Below, one piece after another: positions 18,601 through 28,807 of a stretch of 64,000 nt of DNA. A program made the position numbers and the translations under genes. Source of the DNA: an uncultured virus (IMG/VR IMGVR_UViG_3300009684_000030) (lineage: Duplodnaviria > Heunggongvirae > Uroviricota > Caudoviricetes); the IMG/VR virus record IMGVR_UViG_3300009684_000030. One strand, given 5' to 3'. Numbering within the stretch: position 1 is the first letter of the stretch; every line of letters starts with the position of its first letter. The notes below the pieces were generated by a model. That model ran no database searches. It was not told the origin of the DNA and was given only the letters and a program-made list of their open reading frames with translations.

Positions 18601-21042
18601 TGTATAAGCAGGAATATTTAGTGTATATAATGAAATTGCATTATTGGGGGTAATCGGAATTTTTGGTTCTAATGCAGAATCACCTTTGACAATACCAAAT
18701 ATGCCATTGGAATCAACTATAACCGTATCAATTCTTGGCATAAAATAGTCAACAGTTGATGTTATAATTGAATCTGGATCAAGGGCAGTAGTAACTTCGC
18801 CAGACCCTACTTGTAATCTCATTCTTCTAAAATCATATACATCAGATAGACGAACTCCTTTATAGGAAGGAATATCATCATAAAGATTACCGCCTTCATG
18901 AGTACCATAATCAAAATCTATACCATATGAATTTACTGTAAAATAATCCCCGCTTGAATGTGCAAAGTAGGTATACATAATATACAATGTATCAGTAACA
19001 GGGCCAGCATATGTAATAGAAGAATTAGTATAATAAGTGTCACGTTGTCCATCATCTGTTATAGTACATAATGATGTAACATTCTTACCCTGGTAACCGC
19101 CACTATATGCTTCGGTATAAACAGATATTATACTTTTAACATCCCCTTTGGCTAACATGCGAGTATATACACCTACAGCTGTAGGTAATAATGTTTCTTG
19201 TGTACCAGAAGTTAATGATGTATTAGTTTTTGTCTTTTGATATCGCGGATTTGCTTCTGGCTCAGTAACAATAATTGGAAGTAATGCATGCGTAATAACT
19301 CCAGGAATAGTAATTTGTGTTGGTGTGTAAATAATTCCCGCTGGAGTAGGAATAACACCTGCGGAAGTTCTACAAATTATATTAGATATATCACCAAAAA
19401 CAGCGCCTGATGTATGGGAAGATGATGATATATTAAATGTTGTAGGGCCTGTACCAGAACCTACCAATAGTTCATTACAAGTATAAGACATCTCCTTTAC
19501 TACTTTTGTAGTTCCATAGGGAATAGGGAATAAATTAGTAGAATATGCAGAATCAATTATATTGATTGGGGTTGCAATAGTAAAATCTACTAGAGCAGTA
19601 GACGAATATATTCTTACTGCATCTGATAGATACCGCCCAGAATTAACTACAACTTCTGTTATATGTAATCTAACAGAATCAAATGAACCAATATAACCAT
19701 CAACTGCTCTAATTTTGCATGTTCCAATTAATGTATCAGACCCATGATAATGATTAGAAGCAGCATAGATATTATATTCAGTTCTTAAATTTGTTATATT
19801 AGGTAGGTGTGAACCAGCTGCAAATGTGCCAAGAACATAATCACCAACTCGGGCAGAAGAATATGTAGGAATCCCTGTAATAGGAGTTCGTGCCTTTTCA
19901 CCATATAAATCACGTACTTTAGTAAGTTCAACTCTATATCCTTTAATATAAGCAACTGCTGGATCTAGAGCAGCAGAATATAGTTTTTCACCAGCAGCTA
20001 TTTTTTTATTATTGGTATTATCGGTAACTGCATAGGATCCTACTGGCATTTCGCCTACAGTATATCGTCCACCATTAGTACCATCATTATAAAATTCTCG
20101 TAAAGTAATCTTAAATGGGCTTAAAGTATAATCACCTGACTCTTCATATGTTCGTTTTGCCAATACATCATCAAGTGATGTATAAATTTTCTTAATAGTA
20201 TCAAGAGATTGTGAATCTTTGATTGTCATTAATCTAATATAATTCGTAGATGGAGGTGAAGCCTCGCTAGGAACATCAATAAATGCCAATGATAGGTCAA
20301 TAGTATACCGATCTGCTCCTGGGGCAGAATAGTTGGGCATTCCAGTTGCATTATCCTTTAGTGTTTCATCAGTTGAATAATTTACAACTGCTTCAGTAAC
20401 ACCCAGAATCATTAATTTATTAATAAGGGTATCACGTGCAACCTTATCAAGAAATACAGATTGTTGCGGAGTCCATACAAATGAACCCTTTGTATAAAAT
20501 ATTCCATCATCTAGGAATGCCGCACAAGCATATCCATTTTTAGTCCAAGTTCCGATTGGGGATTGATTAAATGTGGCAATATCGTCTGAATATATTGCAT
20601 TACCCGAACCAAATGTTCTAATATTTAAATTATTGACATCTTGTAAAGACTTATTATATCGAATATACAATCTATATCCTCCAGTAATAGTAATATGCCC
20701 AAGTAATGTTGCTGTAAGGAGTGTTCCATTTACATCATTACTTATAATTTTTGTGTTACTAAGATCTAATGATAAACTTGTAGATATGTCAATTGATGAT
20801 ATATTATTATCAAATGTACAATTTCCTTTAAGAACAGCAGATCCGTCCTTATATATAGATGATCCAAGACGATTAATCTGTGATTGCAGAATACTTTGAA
20901 GTTGATTTAATTCCCGAACTTGTACAGAATACCCAGGCTTAAATAAAATTCTAAGGAAGTTCTTAGTAGAAGCAGTTTCTCCATTTGCATCCTTGACATT
21001 AAAGTCATCGTAATAAGTGTTGCTGTATGCAGTAATTGACAT
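15634..21042 (-). CDS. Large virion structural protein (DUF4815/VrlC-like)
   Basis: YYDDF...RILFKPGYSVQVRELNQLQSILQ, NYSAPGADR, LAKRTYEESGDY, DPLAQTF, DFRAIA motifs. Confidence 0.8.
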   Translation of the reverse strand: MSITAYSNTYYDDFNVKDANGETASTKNFLRILFKPGYSVQVRELNQLQSILQSQINRLGSSIYKDGSAVLKGNCTFDNNISSIDISTSLSLDLSNTKIISNDVNGTLLTATLLGHITITGGYRLYIRYNKSLQDVNNLNIRTFGSGNAIYSDDIATFNQSPIGTWTKNGYACAAFLDDGIFYTKGSFVWTPQQSVFLDKVARDTLINKLMILGVTEAVVNYSTDETLKDNATGMPNYSAPGADRYTIDLSLAFIDVPSEASPPSTNYIRLMTIKDSQSLDTIKKIYTSLDDVLAKRTYEESGDYTLSPFKITLREFYNDGTNGGRYTVGEMPVGSYAVTDNTNNKKIAAGEKLYSAALDPAVAYIKGYRVELTKVRDLYGEKARTPITGIPTYSSARVGDYVLGTFAAGSHLPNITNLRTEYNIYAASNHYHGSDTLIGTCKIRAVDGYIGSFDSVRLHITEVVVNSGRYLSDAVRIYSSTALVDFTIATPINIIDSAYSTNLFPIPYGTTKVVKEMSYTCNELLVGSGTGPTTFNISSSSHTSGAVFGDISNIICRTSAGVIPTPAGIIYTPTQITIPGVITHALLPIIVTEPEANPRYQKTKTNTSLTSGTQETLLPTAVGVYTRMLAKGDVKSIISVYTEAYSGGYQGKNVTSLCTITDDGQRDTYYTNSSITYAGPVTDTLYIMYTYFAHSSGDYFTVNSYGIDFDYGTHEGGNLYDDIPSYKGVRLSDVYDFRRMRLQVGSGEVTTALDPDSIITSTVDYFMPRIDTVIVDSNGIFGIVKGDSALEPKIPITPNNAISLYTLNIPAYTFSPKDITVNYIDNRRYTMRDIGGIEKRISNIEYYTSLSLLETSAQNASIIDAGGDRYKNGYIVDAFTGNSIGDPTNVGYACSMDMTVGLCRPKFDMRNLRLVKSDTSNVAVHDHIITLKYDEKNLIDQSVASDTLSVNPYDIAVFAGNISLVPSTDNWKDTTTSPDLIVDDTGAYDAVALTEASNPAFGYHWNEWATNWQGITTESTWVDQKKTNWWGHVTSRGFWNTVTTNHQSRTGTLTTLGYTDQTQSLGTRVVDISYIPYIRSRKIYFKADKLKPNTRLYAFFDGINVTAYCNQLTNTPASIDNDNNTAVYKNLLPGESPLSITLPIITTDQFGNVEGEFYIPNTVATKFKCGQRIFKLTDSPINLATDTTTVADTQYIASGIIETSQTTQLSIRSPELVVTDQTQDRGIVVPPVQYSDPLAQTFLIPNVEEGLFATSIDLYFSAKSSTLPVTAYIVLVSNGIPTQQIMPFSTVTIAAANITVDPDNGAIATNFKFSDPVYLLNGTEYAIVVTSNSADYKIWVATVGSFDVKTKTAITKNVYNGVLLMSQNASTWTPEQTKDMKFRLNYASFNTQSADVTFDKHIDGGIIGFSNLPTVGAAGNSYISATAPVVTISPPGTPAVAGTITLDGTSISKTVSIPLTATGSNYTLPPLVTISAPNASGGGTQAKAHATIAAGAITAIIVTDGGSGYNSATINIAPPGVTASATVNINPATNAISSLTITNPGSGYNTLPTVSIPKSTTGVWSITAILDSIDITMFNVSQNSAVVNKTTLSNSLELVGVIYPIIANENYAITTPGGSIVRYESGTAILTSTLTSTSAYLSPVIDIERNSIVCINNIIGLDYTLALAGTPTVYNPLGVYSSLLDTELTSDTGNTSARYITRTVNLNSTSDRVDIYVNVNRPTAGSNIRVYVKYNEGSTWNLYNPDKQIAVSSDPNSFTEIHYTDINSNTQFVSFAVKIVMFSNDKTQVPLLKDFRAIATF

Positions 21043-22439
21043 TAGAATTGAATTATGATTTTGATTTCTTCAGTTTGAGATTCTGCTCTTGTAATTGCCT
21101 TACGATTTTCAATAAAAACAACATCACCTGTATTAGCGATATATTCAGCTGTTACTTTAGCAGAGTGTGTAGTACCTATTGAAGTACCATCCTTGTTAAT
21201 TGCAGATGATGATGAACTAATAGGTGCATAACCTGATACATTATTTTGATGATAATACAAACGATGTAGAGGTTCTGTTGCAGACTCTACATATATATCA
21301 TAAAATATTGTAGAAATATAACTGTCAGATCCTACTACAGTTAATAAATCGCCTACTGTTGGAGTTATAGTAGGAGCATTGGCTAAAGCTAAATACGGTA
21401 AAGCACCCAATGATGTAACTGGGTTGACTGTACCTAATTTATATGATAAACCTTTTAGAATTGAAATCTGACGATATGGAATATAAAATCCATCTCCAGT
21501 AATTGATGATTCTGCTTTAACAGTGACAGCTGCATACCATGCGGGTAATACTTTATACGGAGCATATGCAAAACCCTTTGCAGGCGCTATTCTTGGAGCA
21601 CATATAAGGCCTATCCCTGTAATTGAAGTTAATATTAATGATCCAGTTAATACAAGTGAAGGCGCAATTGGTGAACTATTTAATGTAATTGATGTTATAG
21701 CACCTGTATTTACATTTGTTTTAACATTAACTGATAATGATACTGTATACGAAACAGGACTTACATTTGTATTAGTATATACAAATGTAGCAGCCTGTGT
21801 TGGATTAGCAGTATATCCTAATCCTCCAGAAATAATATCAAATCCATATAATAAACCTCCAGAGCCAATACCAATTGCATTAATAAGCCCTGCTGCACAT
21901 ATATTTGGAGTAATACTAATGAATTGATCGGTTACAGTATTAGTAGTTAAGTTTGTATCAATTATATCAATTAAAACCCATGTATAACCATCATTATTAG
22001 TAAATGGTGCATATACATTAGAGGAGTTATATTGAGGTACAATTGATGCATATGATGTACCTGAACGTAAACATAAATAAATATAACCGCCTACAGTTGC
22101 ATAACATGGAGAATATATTACAGATCCTACAGTTGTTGCATAAAAACAACTATCTGATAGTGGTTGATACTCTTTATATCTTGAATTGGATGTAAATTTA
22201 ATATTTGGAATTACCTTACCCATTGAAGTACTATTAACACCAATTAAAGTAATTAAATTATTCTTAATCTCATATTCATCTGCATATGTTCCATACGGAT
22301 CAGGTACAGTTGGATCTGCTTCTTCATCAGATGTCCATTTATCAGATTTTCCAAGACCTACATAATAATTACTAGCAGTATCTGCTATAAATGAAGTAGT
22401 ATTATTTCTACGAAAGTTTTCAGTTATGATTGCTGACAT
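21042..22439 (-). CDS. gp8: Baseplate wedge subunit, T4 gp8-like
   Basis: MSAIITENFR...YYVGLGK; C-terminal GDVVFIENRKAITRAESQTEEIKIIIQF; follows gp6/gp7-like genes. Confidence 0.75.
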   Translation of the reverse strand: MSAIITENFRRNNTTSFIADTASNYYVGLGKSDKWTSDEEADPTVPDPYGTYADEYEIKNNLITLIGVNSTSMGKVIPNIKFTSNSRYKEYQPLSDSCFYATTVGSVIYSPCYATVGGYIYLCLRSGTSYASIVPQYNSSNVYAPFTNNDGYTWVLIDIIDTNLTTNTVTDQFISITPNICAAGLINAIGIGSGGLLYGFDIISGGLGYTANPTQAATFVYTNTNVSPVSYTVSLSVNVKTNVNTGAITSITLNSSPIAPSLVLTGSLILTSITGIGLICAPRIAPAKGFAYAPYKVLPAWYAAVTVKAESSITGDGFYIPYRQISILKGLSYKLGTVNPVTSLGALPYLALANAPTITPTVGDLLTVVGSDSYISTIFYDIYVESATEPLHRLYYHQNNVSGYAPISSSSSAINKDGTSIGTTHSAKVTAEYIANTGDVVFIENRKAITRAESQTEEIKIIIQF

Positions 22440-22464
22440 GATATTAATTATATTTATACGGGTT

Positions 22465-24456
22465 TTATGGTGCGGTAATCGTTATTTTATATTCTAATGT
22501 AACTAGGTCTTGAGATTGTGTAGCTATTGTAATATGGTTAATACCAGATGCCAAAGTTATTGTAAATGGTGCTCCTGATGCAATTGGAGGAGAAGAATTA
22601 ATAGTAATAGTAGCAGCTATATCATCTGTATATGGAGTAATAATTATATCAGATGTTTCAACAGTTGCTGTATAAATATCGTTTCCTGGTGAAAATATAG
22701 GTATTAAGGAAACACCAGTTGTTCCAATATTAACTTTTAAATTCGATAATATAGAACATGCATTTACAGCAGAGTTAAACCAAAGAGAGCCTGGCGGAGT
22801 AATACCAAGATCTCCTAAAATAGCACTTGAATAATTTGGATCAAATATATTTTCATTAACATTTAATGGAATAGTCTTAGATAAAAAGTAATCTCTTTCG
22901 CGTATAGTTACGGTAATATATGCAGAAATATTACTAAAATTACAAATATTGATATTAGAATATTCTTCTTCGGCCTGCTCAATTGTTTTATTAAAATAAG
23001 CAGCACATAATTGGGTACTATCAATATTTTTAGACCATGTTTGATAATCAGATCTAATTAATGAATTCCTACTATTAGATGACTCTTTAATTATCTTCAG
23101 ATCTGTTAATATCATCTGAATAAGAGATGCATCTACATTAGCATTACGAAGAGCCATTGCAATAATATTATAGGTTCTAGACCTATTATTAAGCCAACCT
23201 GGTTGATATGTAGGTGTATGATATCCTAATATTGGAGGCTGATATTTATTTACACCAAGTTCAAAATTAGAGAGTTCATACGCAATCTTAGCATACCATT
23301 CACTTTTTGCCACGAGTTGAAGTAATAGTGCAGAAAATAATTGTAATCCGGCTGGGTGAACAAACTTTATATAATCATCCATCCATACATTAGAACTTTG
23401 TCCTGACTTAATTTCATATGAATACTTCTGCCAATAATATCCATCATGCAACTTATATTGGTCAGATGCAAATGATTTATGATTTGTATATGACCACATA
23501 TTGGTATCCAATAAAATAGTCCATATAGTAGGATTTAATTCTATTGCAGAATAAATAGTTTTTACTGTTGATGTATCATATATAGTATTTCCGTGATATA
23601 ATGCATCTATTGATTGTGCTTGTATAGAAAATTGGTATTTGTAAATGACATTATCGATATTATCGTCATTATCATAAATAACGATACTTGAATCATAATT
23701 AATAGCATCCACCATTGGGCCCCAAATAGCTTCATCTGGATATATTGATGTATTTATGCTTATATTCTGTAAATTACCATATGTAAAAATCCACTGTACA
23801 CTTTGAGTTTCATTATAGGATCCTCCATATATATTATTATATGGTTCAACATATGGAATTAATGTTTGTGTAGGATCTAATCCATTATATGACCATATAT
23901 TATTTCCAATATTTTGCAATGTCACTATATATTCACCACCTGGGTCAATTACTGTATTGGAAGTAATTATAAGATACTCTTTATTTGGATTAGTATTACA
24001 TGTGGCAATATTGGCAAAATCTATTTCTCCCCAACTTCCAGAACCAGATGATAAGTCAAATAGATAATCTTTAGGATAAAATATACTTACTATTTCATCA
24101 TAGAATATCTTAAAGAAGGCATAAATACTATCTTCAGATCCTCTAGTATTATAATACTGTATAACAATCTTATAGAGAGTTACTTTATCTAATACAGATG
24201 TTTTTGGTATAGTCTTTGCAATAAGACTTTGAATACTTGTGAGGTACTTATCAGAAGCAATATCAATATCCTTATCGGATGTTATATTTGAAATTTCATA
24301 TGACGGTAATCCAATACTATTAATATGCTCATAGTATCGTTCAATAAATGATATTAATGATATAGGAGATGTATCTTGAAGGGCATTAGGATATAATCCT
24401 GAAACCTTTGAAGATTCTACATTACGCGGTTTTGCATCTACTACACTTAATATCAT
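22465..24456 (-). CDS. Baseplate wedge protein (gp7-like) with C-terminal cadherin-like domain
   Basis: YNTRGSEDSIYAFFKIFY, DGYYWQKYSYEIKS, VHPAG motifs; lies between gp6 and gp8. Confidence 0.65.
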   Translation of the reverse strand: MILSVVDAKPRNVESSKVSGLYPNALQDTSPISLISFIERYYEHINSIGLPSYEISNITSDKDIDIASDKYLTSIQSLIAKTIPKTSVLDKVTLYKIVIQYYNTRGSEDSIYAFFKIFYDEIVSIFYPKDYLFDLSSGSGSWGEIDFANIATCNTNPNKEYLIITSNTVIDPGGEYIVTLQNIGNNIWSYNGLDPTQTLIPYVEPYNNIYGGSYNETQSVQWIFTYGNLQNISINTSIYPDEAIWGPMVDAINYDSSIVIYDNDDNIDNVIYKYQFSIQAQSIDALYHGNTIYDTSTVKTIYSAIELNPTIWTILLDTNMWSYTNHKSFASDQYKLHDGYYWQKYSYEIKSGQSSNVWMDDYIKFVHPAGLQLFSALLLQLVAKSEWYAKIAYELSNFELGVNKYQPPILGYHTPTYQPGWLNNRSRTYNIIAMALRNANVDASLIQMILTDLKIIKESSNSRNSLIRSDYQTWSKNIDSTQLCAAYFNKTIEQAEEEYSNINICNFSNISAYITVTIRERDYFLSKTIPLNVNENIFDPNYSSAILGDLGITPPGSLWFNSAVNACSILSNLKVNIGTTGVSLIPIFSPGNDIYTATVETSDIIITPYTDDIAATITINSSPPIASGAPFTITLASGINHITIATQSQDLVTLEYKITITAP

Positions 24457-24459
24457 GTT

Positions 24460-26295
24460 TTATCGATCTCTTTTAAATGTGCTATAGTCAACTGCTCTAT
24501 TTGCTCCACCAATTGAAATAGTATCAACCTCGGCATAAACAGAAGTTCTGTTTGTATCAATTTGAAGTAGGACATTTCGTGAAGATGCAATATCATTTGA
24601 AGCTGGAATCAGATCAAGAGATACTGTAGTATCACTATCTGCATCTATATAATCAAGTTCAACTATGCCAGTACTAAGATTAATATTACCAATATTAGCG
24701 TTATCTATAACCGGCATATTATTGGCAATATAGTAACTGTAAACAGTTCTTAAGTTGCTATCAGAAGCATGGGCTATATCACCAAGATATAAAACCCTTC
24801 CATGATATGTCCAGGAACCTGAGAAAGTAATAGTCATATTATGTTCTACTGCAAGAGGAGATCCATATTTTATAGTCTGAATAGTAGGTAATCCAGCATG
24901 AATAGTAAATGATTTTGACAAATAAACTCTCACTAATGAGTTTAAAATAGCCGGTGAACTATTATCAATTGTTTTTAATAATAATGAATGACGAAATACA
25001 CCATCAAATGATTGAAGATATTGAGTATTAAAATTAGAAACAACATTAGAAACATAATTTTCTAATTGAATTTGTGATTGTGATGTCTGGTTTCTATTGT
25101 ATTTAAACATCACATCTAAAATTATATTAACATAATCATAATCAACTATTTCGGGTATAATTGATAGGACTTTTTTACCAGATAATATTTTCATTATTAC
25201 ATCTCTATCACTAAGTGTAAGTTGATTAAGTACTCCTGGTAAATCACTTGATTTTGCAATACTTATGAATACTTTGCCATAATATGGAGGATCATTTTCT
25301 TCTCCTCCCCATACAGCAATAGTTTGTGCATTTTGAAAATCCTTTTTAATTATTGCTTTATAATCATCGGCAGTAACTGCTCTATTCTGAGCAATAAAAT
25401 TAATAGGAGCATTAAATTTAATAGAATCAATACTCTCATTATATAATCCCCCCGACGCAACATCATTTGTAGTAATAGTAGAGCTACCAGTAGTAAAAAA
25501 TAAATTTGCTCCATTTGCATCAATACCAGCAGTAATTAAATATGTTAATTCTAAAACACTTAGATTATTTGGTTGTTTTCCAAAAATATTATTTCCAAAA
25601 CTAATAAAGTAATTACCATTATAATTTTCATTAATAAAATATATTGGTGAAGATCCATTAATACCAGCAATATCAGTAAATTTATTATATACTGTAATGT
25701 CGACTGAAGTTTCACTTGGATATACTGCAACATGTAATGAATTAATATCAATATTTTTATCGGCTATAATATATTGGTTACTAGATTGAAGATTATTTAC
25801 TTGAAATCTTCTGGTAACAATTGTTCCTTGATATATATCTCCAGTGCCAATATATAGTAGGCCTTCAGCTGTAAGATTAATATCTTCTATGTTAGTAAAT
25901 TCATATATAACATTATTGATAGTAGTTGTAAATATAGTTCCAGTAGGAACCGTAATAGAGCCTGAAGTATTATCTCCTATTGGAACAGATATAGTAACAT
26001 TTGCCTTTGGAGAAGAATAACTAGCAGGAACATATCCAATCAATTTTGCAGATGATACAACATTAGGTCTAAGTTGGGCAGAATCAATGAATGTTTCATT
26101 AACTGCCATATGAGCTAACATTGCATTATAATGAGTATTATGCGATAAAAGATCAATTAGTATATTTAGACCAGATCCAGAGAAATCCCAATCCTTAAAT
26201 GGCGAATCTGTTAATTGAAAATATGCGATCAGATTTCGTTTAATCTGATCAAAATCTAATTCTGTTACATTAATTCTTTGACTTGGTGTTGCCAT
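24460..26295 (-). CDS. gp6: Baseplate wedge subunit gp6
   Basis: ELDFDQIK..DWDFSGSGL..ETFIDSAQLRPNVVSSAKLIGY; AQNRAVTADDY; WGGEENDPPYYGKVFI. Confidence 0.92.
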   Translation of the reverse strand: MATPSQRINVTELDFDQIKRNLIAYFQLTDSPFKDWDFSGSGLNILIDLLSHNTHYNAMLAHMAVNETFIDSAQLRPNVVSSAKLIGYVPASYSSPKANVTISVPIGDNTSGSITVPTGTIFTTTINNVIYEFTNIEDINLTAEGLLYIGTGDIYQGTIVTRRFQVNNLQSSNQYIIADKNIDINSLHVAVYPSETSVDITVYNKFTDIAGINGSSPIYFINENYNGNYFISFGNNIFGKQPNNLSVLELTYLITAGIDANGANLFFTTGSSTITTNDVASGGLYNESIDSIKFNAPINFIAQNRAVTADDYKAIIKKDFQNAQTIAVWGGEENDPPYYGKVFISIAKSSDLPGVLNQLTLSDRDVIMKILSGKKVLSIIPEIVDYDYVNIILDVMFKYNRNQTSQSQIQLENYVSNVVSNFNTQYLQSFDGVFRHSLLLKTIDNSSPAILNSLVRVYLSKSFTIHAGLPTIQTIKYGSPLAVEHNMTITFSGSWTYHGRVLYLGDIAHASDSNLRTVYSYYIANNMPVIDNANIGNINLSTGIVELDYIDADSDTTVSLDLIPASNDIASSRNVLLQIDTNRTSVYAEVDTISIGGANRAVDYSTFKRDR

Positions 26296-26299
26296 ATAT

Positions 26300-26731
26300 C
26301 TATCGTGTTCTTACTAGGTAAAAAGTTACATCTGCGACTCTATTGAATGATGCAGAAAATGTTAGTGTTATTTGATATGCATTACGTTCAGAATTATCAA
26401 GTACTTCAATACTAATTATTTTTACACGTGGTTCATATTTTTGAATAATATATGTGATTTTGTCCTTTATTGCAAATATAGTAAAGGCATCGACATTTTC
26501 AAATAAAAGAGCAGTTAATCCGGAACCTAACTGAGGTTGAAATGGTCTCTCGTATGTATTAGTTAAAATAAGATTATATAAGGATGTGCGAATTGCATCC
26601 AAATCATTTACGGCCATTATATCATTATATACTGGATGAAGGGTAAATGTAGGATCTATATCAGAATACTGATGTCTACGCGTGACAACAGTTGCACGGG
26701 TATCATTATAATCAGATAATGCACGACTCAT
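26300..26731 (-). CDS. gp25: Baseplate wedge subunit gp25
   Basis: YSDID...NLILTNTYERPFQPQLGS...YEPRV. Confidence 0.9.
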   Translation of the reverse strand: MSRALSDYNDTRATVVTRRHQYSDIDPTFTLHPVYNDIMAVNDLDAIRTSLYNLILTNTYERPFQPQLGSGLTALLFENVDAFTIFAIKDKITYIIQKYEPRVKIISIEVLDNSERNAYQITLTFSASFNRVADVTFYLVRTR

Positions 26732-26752
26732 ATATCATATTTATACAACAGT

Positions 26753-28807
26753 TTATGCATTATTGAGTGCCATACTTACTGTATTTGGGTGTGCTGCCAT
26801 AGCTTGTTTATATCTTGGTCCATATTGTGTTCCAAGAGATACTACAAATGCCTGAACATATTCAGTACCAGTATATAATTTAGGAGTAGTGGTAAATATA
26901 TCAGGCCGAGCATAGGTTAATTCCATATTACCTGTATCAGTTACAGTATATACTCCTGATGGATTTACTCCTGCTGGGTTATACGGGCTTCCATTTGGAT
27001 TTTTTAATGCAATGAGAGAACCGCCCGGCCAACGTGAACTTGCTATAGTTAAACCACTTCGCAGAATTCCATATGCACCCATATCACCTTCTCTGGTTCC
27101 GTTAATAGATTGAATTCCAATTTCTATTTCATGGGCGGTTCTAGAATCCGTTTCAGCTGGACCATATGTAGTTACACCCACAGATTGTGCACCTCCAGGT
27201 AGAACTGCTGTATTTTTCATAAAATATCCTCTAATAATATCAGGTGACCTAGATATCTCAAGTTTTACCCTATTAGTACGTCTATCAAATTCTGATAGGG
27301 TATCAGCATCCCATGTAGAATATGTTGTCCGTTCTCTTTTAACATTACCAATATATTTTTGAAGCAATATTTCATCTTTACTAGAATCAGTTGTCTTTGA
27401 AATATCATCATGATATGAATAACCGAGTTTAGAAACAGATGTTATCATTGTAAGATAATTTGCGAAGGCTGTTTTATCTCCGCCATCTGATAATTGTTTC
27501 ATTTTTTCGGAATCCTTAGTCATTCCCTCTTTTAATTGAACTAATAATGCATCATAATCTGTTTTTAAGTTATTTGATGTTTGATCAAACAAAGGCATTG
27601 GAGTTGGCGCCATTGCTGTAGGTCGTAGAGTTGGATCTGATTTTAATTTACCCGGGGAAGGTAATCCAAATATACTATAATCCTGTTTATTACAAATATT
27701 ATCAATATCTTTTAGGACTTCAGAAACACCTCCTGATATTGCAGGGAATTGACTTTCTAATGCATGAATTTGATCATTTACAGCTGCATATACTCCTGTT
27801 GAAGCAAGAACAGAATCAAGGAATCCAAGTGGATTGGCTCTAATAGCATTAATCATTACTATTATCTTCTGGATTTCTTCCATTATCTCCTTAATTTCTT
27901 TAATTAAATTAACTATACCAAAACCAGGAATATATGATAATATTATTCCTAATAACTTTGTGGCAATAGCTGCTATTAATTTATCTGGTAATGATTTTGC
28001 ACAATCCCCAATAGAAGCGATAGTAGATATTGCAGCAATCTGAGGAACATCTAATCTTGTTAAAAGAGTATTGGTAATAAACCCTGTTGGATCTGCAAGA
28101 GATGCCTTACCTTCTGGGCTTAGTAGACCTCCTTTAAAATCAAGGGTCTTTGTCATTGCATTCACATCATTAACTATACTAAGAGTACCAGACGCGGGTG
28201 CAACTGATTTATAATTTCGATCCATTATAGTTAGAACTACGCCATGTGATCCAGCATCAGATGGTGCTACTACAGATGATGATGTAGATCCTTCAGGAGT
28301 ATATGTCACAGAACACTTTAAATTGGCTGGTTCTGTTGTGTATGTAACCACAGGAGAACGATCATTATATGTATGATTTAGAGATTCTGGATCTATGGTA
28401 ATTGTTGCTATACCTTTATCAATAACAAGTGCTTTAGAAGTATCTACTATTTCTATTTTTCCTGAATATGGTTCATTGGTCTCCGCATATGATGTAAAAT
28501 AACCAATCATACTTGAAGTAGGAACTCCTGGAGTAAGTGGACTAGGAGATAATGATGCAGTAATACGAATATTATATCTTCCTATATTAGTTGGGGTATC
28601 AGTAGTAAGAGTACCATTTTTATTATAATATTTTTTTGTAATAACTGCTGATACTGGATGATATATATCTTCTCCACCGCCTATACCTATACCATCAGTA
28701 TAATATCCAACATCAGTAATAATAACACCTGAAAAAGTATCACTATATACAGTTTTAAGATTTGTTGGATCTATAGTTATATAAAGAAAATTAGGTTCGT
28801 GTGTCAT
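26753..28807 (-). CDS. Multidomain baseplate-region protein: MBG/Ig-like N-terminus, helical middle, possible 3D-like C-terminus
   Basis: KGIATITI..SLNHTYN..APSDAGSH..DRNY (MBG-like); C-terminal TTYG..IASSRWPGGS..VTDTG..PDIF. Confidence 0.5.
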   Translation of the reverse strand: MTHEPNFLYITIDPTNLKTVYSDTFSGVIITDVGYYTDGIGIGGGEDIYHPVSAVITKKYYNKNGTLTTDTPTNIGRYNIRITASLSPSPLTPGVPTSSMIGYFTSYAETNEPYSGKIEIVDTSKALVIDKGIATITIDPESLNHTYNDRSPVVTYTTEPANLKCSVTYTPEGSTSSSVVAPSDAGSHGVVLTIMDRNYKSVAPASGTLSIVNDVNAMTKTLDFKGGLLSPEGKASLADPTGFITNTLLTRLDVPQIAAISTIASIGDCAKSLPDKLIAAIATKLLGIILSYIPGFGIVNLIKEIKEIMEEIQKIIVMINAIRANPLGFLDSVLASTGVYAAVNDQIHALESQFPAISGGVSEVLKDIDNICNKQDYSIFGLPSPGKLKSDPTLRPTAMAPTPMPLFDQTSNNLKTDYDALLVQLKEGMTKDSEKMKQLSDGGDKTAFANYLTMITSVSKLGYSYHDDISKTTDSSKDEILLQKYIGNVKRERTTYSTWDADTLSEFDRRTNRVKLEISRSPDIIRGYFMKNTAVLPGGAQSVGVTTYGPAETDSRTAHEIEIGIQSINGTREGDMGAYGILRSGLTIASSRWPGGSLIALKNPNGSPYNPAGVNPSGVYTVTDTGNMELTYARPDIFTTTPKLYTGTEYVQAFVVSLGTQYGPRYKQAMAAHPNTVSMALNNA

